Shown here one piece after another: positions 57,191-64,000 of a stretch of DNA of 64,000 bases. Position 1 is the stretch's first letter. Each line of letters starts with the position of its first letter. The notes under the pieces are model-generated. The model made no database searches, was not told the origin of the DNA, and saw nothing but the letters and a program-made list of their open reading frames with translations. Position numbers and translations under genes: made by a program. Origin of the DNA: Vicugna vicugna (lineage: Eukaryota); assembly GCA_013265495.1 (NCBI GenBank), contig MU058233.1, positions 221,038-285,037 on the forward strand, in the 5' to 3' direction.

Positions 57191-59717
57191 TCTTTCATGG
57201 AAAACTAGTGTTCATGTTGAAAGAAGGTGCTGGTTTGTATTTATTTCATTCGCATGAAGAGAAAACAGGACAAAGCCACAAGGGAAACAAGTGGTGTGGG
57301 AGGCAGAGGTGTCTCTGCTGCTCCGCGCAATGGAAGAACTGGAGGGAACGAGGGTTTCCCGAGAAATCAGCGGCTCTCCCTGCAGAGACCACGCCCTCCA
57401 AGAGGCCACGCCCACCGGCCGGGGAGGAGGAAAGACCCGTGCGTCTAGCCTCGGTGCCACCGCTGCTGCCCGGTCCCTGCGTGACTCTTTAACTTCTCTT
57501 TCAGCAAAGTCCTTTTCCTTTTGTTGGGAAGAAAAAGCTCCTGATTACAAGCCACCCCCCCATACTCTATAAAAAGTGGACGCGACACAGTTAAGAAGAG
57601 CACAGGGAATCCGTGGTTGGTTTTGCTGTCTTCCTCCCGGCGCAGAAGCGGGGGCGCAGGGGCCCGGGCCTGCACCGCCTGCGCTGGACCCGGCTGGGGG
57701 CGTGGCCCGGGCGTCTGGACTCAGGTGCCCGCCCAGCCATGGGACGGGGGTCCGGCGCTGCCGTCCTGCTCAAGACTCCTTCCCTCCGAGGTCGCCCCTC
57801 CCAAGGCGGTTGAAGCCGGTTGACGGTCAGGAAGCAGCAGCCTCTGGCGTCCGCGCTCAGTCGTGCTTGCTTTCTTCAGGACTGTTCTCGGCAGGGAGGT
57901 TGTGCGTTTTCAGAGCGCCGATCCATGGCTGTGACCCTGCGGTCACATGGCTGTCAGCTGTACACATGGCGGCAGGCCTAGGGGTGGGCTTATCTGGCCA
58001 CGAGGCTGTATTTCTGTGCGTCCTAGTCAGGGCTGAGTCGCTCAGGGGAAGTGACCCTGCGGTGCGGCCACATGGCCCCCACCCCCGGCGTGCAGGGGCA
58101 TCTAAATTCAGGTGAACGTGAAACCCGCCCTGCGGGCTCTCCCACAGGCCGTCCGACGTGACCAGCCTCCAGGTCTCACTTAGGTTTCTCTCGGCTCTAA
58201 CCAGGTTCCGCGGTAGCCCTGCCAGCACCCTCTGCGCTGTCCAGACAGGCTGTGATCCTGGGGCCCTGGGGGAAGAGGGGATCTCGTCCACCACAGGCTC
58301 TGGTTGGCAGCCCTCCCTTGCTCTGCCCACGGTCTGCACCGTCCACGTTCCAAAGCAAACTAGCCATCAAAGCTCTGTTTTCCTGGACAAGTCAGCACAC
58401 CTGCGGCCAGTGGTGCTGGCGTGTCGCTGTTAAGAACAAAGTCGAGCTGTGTAACCTGGGCCGCAAGTCCTCCAGGTGTAGGAGTAGGAAGACACAGTCC
58501 GTGTCTGTGTGCCTGGATGTGCATGCAATATCCCGAAGGCTGTTGTGGCCGGAGCTGCAGCAGCCACAGTGAGTGAGGGCGGGCGGCAGGTCCGCGCCGG
58601 GGCAGGGGTCGGGTGTGATGGTGGCGCGGCCCTCTTTGGGATCCTGGCCCCGACGTTGCCCCTGTGATGCCCCCAGCTCCTCCTCAGCCCTCATGGGAGA
58701 GTCGCTCGCCTTGGTGACACCCACCATGGTGACCCTCGCCCAGCCAGCAACCTCTGCCCTGGTGATCATCTCCACAGCCTGGAGCCCCCCAACCCCCCAC
58801 CCCAGTACCCTCCATCCTCATGACGCTCACCCCCACGACCCGGATCCAGGGATCCTCCTCCCAGTGACCCCCGCCCTGCCAGCCCAGGAGGCCGCTGTCC
58901 ACAGCGCTGACACCGCTGGTGCCGCTGGTCAGGGTGTGGCGTCCAGGGTTGCAGTGTCTCCCCTTGGGCAACCCTGACGGGAGTCTGTCGAGAGGGACAC
59001 CACCCCACCCCTACCCCTGGAGGCCTTGCCCAGGACAGAAAGTAAGAACTGGGGACACCTTTACACTGAAGACCAAGAATCGCACATTTTAAAAGACAAT
59101 AATTTGGCCCAAAAGCTGAGTGAAGATTCCTTCCTCACAGAAAACTGGTTTAGCTACTTAGTTTGCAGAAGGCCCGCTGGCACTGGAGTCTTAGCTTACT
59201 TGCAGAGATCCAGGCAGGTTGGCTGACCAGTTTCCGGTCCGTCGGACTGGATGAACCATCCCCTGCTCCGTGGGGCCATGTCGGAGAGTGACACGTGCGA
59301 GCAGTCCCGGCGTCTGCAGAACTGAGGGCGTGGAGGACCTCAATACACGGAACTTACTTTCCAACTGCGGTCTTGGGTCTTCAACTTCCCAGGCTTTGTT
59401 CGTTGAGTGGCGACGGCCAACGCCGACAAAATGACAGAGGTATTGCACACACATTTCTGTAACCTCTGCCAAACTAACAGGTGGTCAGTTTATTTGTAAA
59501 AGTCTCTACTTAATGTTCACATCGAGGTAATAGACAGAACTTTCTCCTCTGAAGGTAAGCAGCAGACACGGAAAAAGAGGTTTTCTGAGGACAGTGTAGT
59601 ACAGAGTACTCCTGGGCCCGTGGCCGCAAAACTGAAGTGATGATCACGTTAAAACTTAAATGTAAATGATCATCTTGTAAGTTTTCATCACAGATGATGA
59701 AAAGTGGTAAAGTGTTG

Positions 59718-60115
59718 TGTTTTTTTTTTCAAACTGGAGTAGTCAGTTACAATGTGTCAATTTCTGGCGAACAGCACAATATCCCAGTCATATATATACA
59801 TATGTTCACGTTCATATTTTTTTTTCATGAGGGTTATTACAAGATACTGAGTATAGTCCCTGTGCTCAACAAATTTGCTTAATCTATTTTTATATGTCGT
59901 GGCTAACATTTGCAAATCTCAAACTCCCAAGTTTATCCCCTCCCGCCCCCTTTCCCCCAGTAACTGTAAGATTGTGAGTCTGTTTCTGATTTGTAGATGA
60001 GTTCCTAGTGTCCTCCTTTTCCCTTTTTTTCTTTTTAAGATTCCACATGAGTGATATCATATTGCTATTTTTCTTTCTCTTTCTGGCTTACTTCACTTAG
60101 AATGACGATCTCCAG
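59718..60115 (-). mobile_element. 5'-truncated L1 3' end
   Basis: T-rich head, gagggttattacaagatactgagtatagtccctgtgc, gattccacatgagtgatatcat...cttcacttagaatgacgatctcca. Confidence 0.85.
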
Positions 60116-60294
60116 GTAAAAACAGTAGTTTTAATATTTTAAAGTTGATACTGGAATGCGGGGCCCTTGGGAGGTGCTGGGAAGATCGCCCATTTGTTAG
60201 GTGATATTTACATATTTTGAAAGCATTAAAAGAATGCTTTTCAGGAGTGACCCTGAGGACCATGGGGCACTTGCACATTCTGTCAAGAACGAAA

Positions 60295-60590
60295 CATTTT
60301 ATTTTTTTAAACTTTTTTGTTGAGTTATAGTCATTTTACAACATTGTCAAATTCTAGTGTAGAGCACAATTTTTCAGTTATACATGAACATATATATATT
60401 CATTGTCACATTTTTTTCGCTGTGAGCTACCACAGGATCTTATAATTTCCCTGTGCTTTACAGTATAATCTTGTTTATCTATTCTACATTTTGAAATCCC
60501 AGCCTGTCCCTTCCCACCCCGTGCCCCTTTGGCAACCACAAGTTTGTATTCTATGTCTGTGAGTCTGTTTCTGTTTTGCATTTATGTAGA
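60295..60590 (-). mobile_element. Second 5'-truncated L1 3' end
   Basis: T-rich head, ttccctgtgctttacagta...ggcaaccacaagtttgtattctatgtctgtgagtctgtttctgtttt. Confidence 0.85.
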
Positions 60591-60911
60591 ACAAAACATT
60601 TCAAAGTGATTCTTGGTCCCCTAAAAGTTTTGGGGACCCCACCACGTGGCAGAGATTGGTGAAGGAATATGGTTGGCGCAGTGTGACGGTGCTGAGGCAT
60701 TTTAAGCAGAAGGAAAACCCAGCCCCTGCTAAAGGTCCCGTTTTCCTGGACAAAATCACCACACCTACCTCTGAGGCACAGAGCGATGCTGGTAAGTGGA
60801 CAAAGCAGAGCTGTAAACCTGGAATGGGGAGCTCTCCCCCAGGTGCAGCAGTGAGAAGGCACAGAGGTTCGTTTCATCGCAACTGCCAGAGGTTACATAC
60901 TCGTTTCTGGC

Positions 60912-61002
60912 TTTTTTCCCCTTAATGGAGGCACTGGGAATTGAACCCAGGACCTCATTCACGCCGAGTCCCTGCTCTACCACTGAGCTGTGCTCCCCGC
61001 CC
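60912..61002 (-). mobile_element. tRNA-derived SINE (camelid Vic-1-like)
   Basis: Reverse complement gggagcacagctcagtggtagagcagggactcggcgtgaatgaggtcctgggttcaattccca. Confidence 0.85.
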
Positions 61003-61199
61003 TGCTACTGGCTAATTTCTTTGACTTCTTCAGATCTCAAGATAGTCAGGAAAACTTTGATTTGCCAAAGTAAATTTTTCTGTACCTTGAAATTGGCATA
61101 TTTTCAAATTAGTTTTTAAATATTATAAAATACATCCTCATAAGAATTCAAACAACACAGAAAAATAAGAATTCCTTTCTCTCCTGGCCTCCTCAGTCC

Positions 61200-61870
61200 C
61201 ATTTACCCCACCCCCAACCCCACTTTTTTTCCCTCTTCACTTAGCAATAGGTCTTCAACGTCTACTCAAGTCAGGAGATAGATTTAAAAAAAAAAAAAAC
61301 ACAATATTTTTACAGCTGCGTAATTGTCCACAGTGAGCAGATACCGTGTTTATTCGATTATTCCCCACAGACGGGTTTCACTTTGTGCCCGACTTCTGCC
61401 GCTGCGAGTCATGAGCATTTTTACATGTGGTTCCCGGTACTTCCCTTCTGTAGGCTAGATTCCCATTAGTGGGAACTAAATTGGGAGAATGGGTCAGGGG
61501 ACGTGTACATTTAAAATCTTAGTCGGTGTTGACAGGGTATTTCCCAGGAAGTTACAGCCGCTTACATTCCTCTCGGCCACGCGCAGGGGCCTCTGCTGTG
61601 TGAAGCTTCGCCAGCCGAGCGAGCCGGTGGCAGGGCTTCCCGCCCCTGCAGAGGCCGCCTGTTCCTCCCCGTTTCCCTGTAAGCTGCTTTCTGACTGGCT
61701 GGGAGGAGCTCTTCGCTGTTAGGGGTGGTGCCCCTCTGAGGCTGTAAGTCACATCCCGCACATACCTTCCCCGACTGTTTTGTGTTTTGACCTTCGTGTT
61801 TTCCTTTGTGGCATCTGGGTTTCCTGTCGTGCTTATCAGGGAAGTTTTCACTCTCCCAGGATTAGAGAAA
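61200..61870 (-). mobile_element. Old L1ME-type 3' fragment
   Basis: tttttacagctgcgtaattgtcc...ttctgtaggctagattccca...acatttaaaatct resembles an antisense L1M 3' end. Confidence 0.6.
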
Positions 61871-63214
61871 TACTCTCCTGCAGCACCTTCGAGGGAGCGT
61901 GATGGCTGGCTTAGCTTTTAAGAAACACTCTGCCCCGTTACGAGCTTACCTGAGGCAGAGTGACTGGGCCCTGGAGGAGCCTGAAGCTGTTAACGACGAG
62001 GTAAAAGTTCCCGGGCTTCATTACCTGTTGTGGAAGTGGGTGGCATGGCCTATACTTACACAAGTGCACCTCACAGCTGCATCGAGACATTCTCCTTTCA
62101 CACCAGAACCACAGTTACAGTAACTTGAGGATGGGTCTGGGACCCACACACAGCTGAGGCCACCCGCACCCGTGTGCCAGCGAGGGGGTCGAGCCACTCA
62201 CTCTTGCACCTGCCCTTCCAGTTCTTCCCACACTGTTCCAGGCTGTGCCGCGCAGGGTGGTGGCGCCCAGAGCCCCCTCAGCAGTGCCCCTCGCAGGTAA
62301 GTACCTGGAGCTGGGAATCCTGAACACGCACATCTCAGCGTTGAACCCTGCCCTGCACTGTCCCTCAGGGCCCCAGGCCTTGGACCCCGGCACGCACCCA
62401 GCGTGCCAGGGCTCGCCCACGTGACGCACACCTGCACCACGCGTCCCCTCGGGTGACAGCCAGCACACAGGACGTGAGGGCCGGTGTGTCGGTTGTCACT
62501 CTGCTGACGCAGGTGATGCACCTTCAGGCAGAGACGAAGAACCTCGGTCGACTCCGATTCTACGTGTGTTTTAACGCCAGCACGTGAGTTTCGGAAATGA
62601 GGCTTTCTCACCGACAGTGGTCAGCGCCCTGAAGCTCGTTTTCTGTTCACGTGATGGAGCCCATCTCGCTCCGAGCTTGTCTCCCACGGTGACAAGTCGT
62701 GAAGCAAAGCGTCGGTGACCACAGTGCAGTCCTGATCTGTGACACCTCGTGAGGAACAGTTCCTTCCCGGGTCGGCTGCCCAGGGCCAGCGGGTCCCCAG
62801 CTGGGGCCTGGCACCACCACCTCACACACGGGAGGGGGCGCATGCCCCAAAGCACTGAACCCAGAGTTACCCCGAGGCCAGCCCCCACCTTTCAGCCAAA
62901 CACACGACAGACGCCATCCAGTCAGTTCTGAGGCAGTTTCAGCTGGTTCACTAAAGCCTCATTTCCAGAAAAGCCCCGAGTGGAGGCTGACCTTGTGCGT
63001 CCTCAACGGTCCCCTGGCGGGTCTGGTGGGGCGATGAACGCACGGGTCCAGGGGCGTGGCTGAGGCGGCGAGCTTGGGGACAGAGCCCTTTCCGAGGAGG
63101 AATCCCTGTGATTTGCTCCCAAGTCCAGCAGCCAGCATTCAGATGTTTCCAGAAAGGAGGTGGAAACCCCATCAGAAAGGGACGGACCCCTCCAGGTCCA
63201 CCCACAGCCCTGGC

Positions 63215-63241
63215 CTAGGCCGCCTTCTGCTTCTGCTCCTC
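63215..63241 (-). CDS. DDX51: DDX51 terminal coding exon (EEQKQKAA*)
   Basis: cccgcAG acceptor on - strand, TAG at 63217-63215; resembles the remembered human ending EERKQRAA. Confidence 0.92.
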   Translation of the reverse strand, partial: EEQKQKAA

Positions 63242-63937
63242 CTGCGGGAGGAGAGGGGGAGGTGGGCACGATGCCCCCCCTGCCCGCCCGCCCCCGCGGG
63301 GAGAGATGCCCAGAGCTCACTCAGAAAGAGGAGTCCTGACCCTGGCACACCCCCCACCCTAGGCCTGGGGCGTCCCCTCCCCGTCCCCTCCCTCCACGGG
63401 CAGTGACACGAGGCAGCCCAGCCCTCACCTTGACCGCCCTCTCCAGCTGGGACAAGGCCTCCTCGTACCGCGGGACCAGCGGCTGCAGGAGCTCGCTGGG
63501 GGTGTCGTGCCGCTGCAGCCCTGGCACCCCGCCTTCGGCCAGCATCCTGAGGAATCGCCTCTCCTGGAGGAGAGCACTCGAGGGGTAGAGGTCCCCGTCC
63601 TCCCCGTGCCCACGGGAGAGCCCCACCCCTGGCCTCCTGCTAAGACCCACGCCACGTGGACTGACCTGCACTTTGAGGAGCAGCGTGAAGGCCTGTCCGG
63701 TCTTCCCAGCGCGGGCGGTTCTGCCGACCCTGAAACCAGGCACAGCCACCTCCAGGACGGTGGCCCCTGGCCCTCTCAAGGCCACCCCACCCAGACCTAG
63801 GACCAGCCCCCACAGGCGCCCCAGGCCAGCCTCACCGGTGCACGTAGGTCCGCAGGTACTGGGGGGCGTCGTAGTTCAGCACCAGCTGCACACCCTGCAC
63901 ATCGATGCCGCGGGCCGTGGCGTCGGTGCTGACGAGG
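63215..63937 (-). CDS. DDX51: DDX51 (DEAD-box helicase 51), last four coding exons; gene continues beyond the window end
   Basis: Spliced translation [63 protein letters not shown]...[21 protein letters not shown]; DEAD-box motifs V (ARGID) and VI (HRVGRTAR); synteny with EP400. Confidence 0.97.
63429..63563 (-). CDS. DDX51: DDX51 penultimate exon ([12 protein letters not shown]...LERAVK)
   Basis: ctccAG / GTgagg on - strand, 135 nt, phase 0-0. Confidence 0.96.
63666..63729 (-). CDS. DDX51: DDX51 exon ([21 protein letters not shown])
   Basis: tttcAG / GTcagt on - strand, 64 nt, phase 2-0. Confidence 0.96.
63836..63937 (-). CDS. DDX51: DDX51 exon ([12 protein letters not shown]...TYVHR)
   Basis: cAG / GTgagg on - strand, 102 nt, phase 2-2. 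Confidence 0.96.
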
Positions 63938-64000
63938 CTGGTGGGACACGAGCGGCTGGAGGCCCCGCCCGGGGCCAGGAGCAAGGCCCCCCACCCCTAG

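Noticed and set aside
87-63994. Hundreds of ORFs of 60-325 aa in the supplied track (e.g. 7375-8352+, 9709-10617+, 19283-20074-, 3722-4453-)
   Set aside because: Stop-poor GC-rich intronic DNA gives long random ORFs rich in Pro/Arg/Gly/Ala. Most use alternative starts and show no recognisable family outside the EP400, DDX51 and L1 segments.

Overview
This window is mammalian genomic DNA from a GC-rich isochore. It is most probably camelid (alpaca/llama/camel), judged from seven copies of a tRNA-derived SINE with a camelid-type tail. It is not prokaryotic, and there is no CRISPR array or operon. The + strand carries the 3' part of EP400 (p400, the SWR1/SRCAP-family ATPase of the TIP60/NuA4 complex). 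I traced 41 coding exons from 1173 to the stop at 54548, probably human exons 13-53, plus a ~2.6 kb 3'UTR ending near AATAAA at 57159. An H/ACA snoRNA matching SNORA49 lies in an EP400 intron (26092-26224). The last four coding exons of the DEAD-box helicase DDX51 are on the - strand (63215-63937), convergent with EP400, with no EP400NL/EP400P1 copy in between. Introns contain L1, SINE, MIR and simple repeats. All traced introns begin GT and all keep phase, with two exceptions. One is a frameshift inside the exon at 14870-15075. The other is a missing acceptor and exon start at ~35870-35913. Both lesions are in very GC-rich, symmetric-phase, low-complexity exons, so they are either assembly errors (most likely) or lineage-specific exon decay. 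The other most unusual feature is an 8-unit minisatellite built from branch-point, G-run and GU-repeat motifs just upstream of a 3' splice site. I found no convincing evidence of an undescribed biological system. Comparisons with human proteins are from memory, not from an alignment run.
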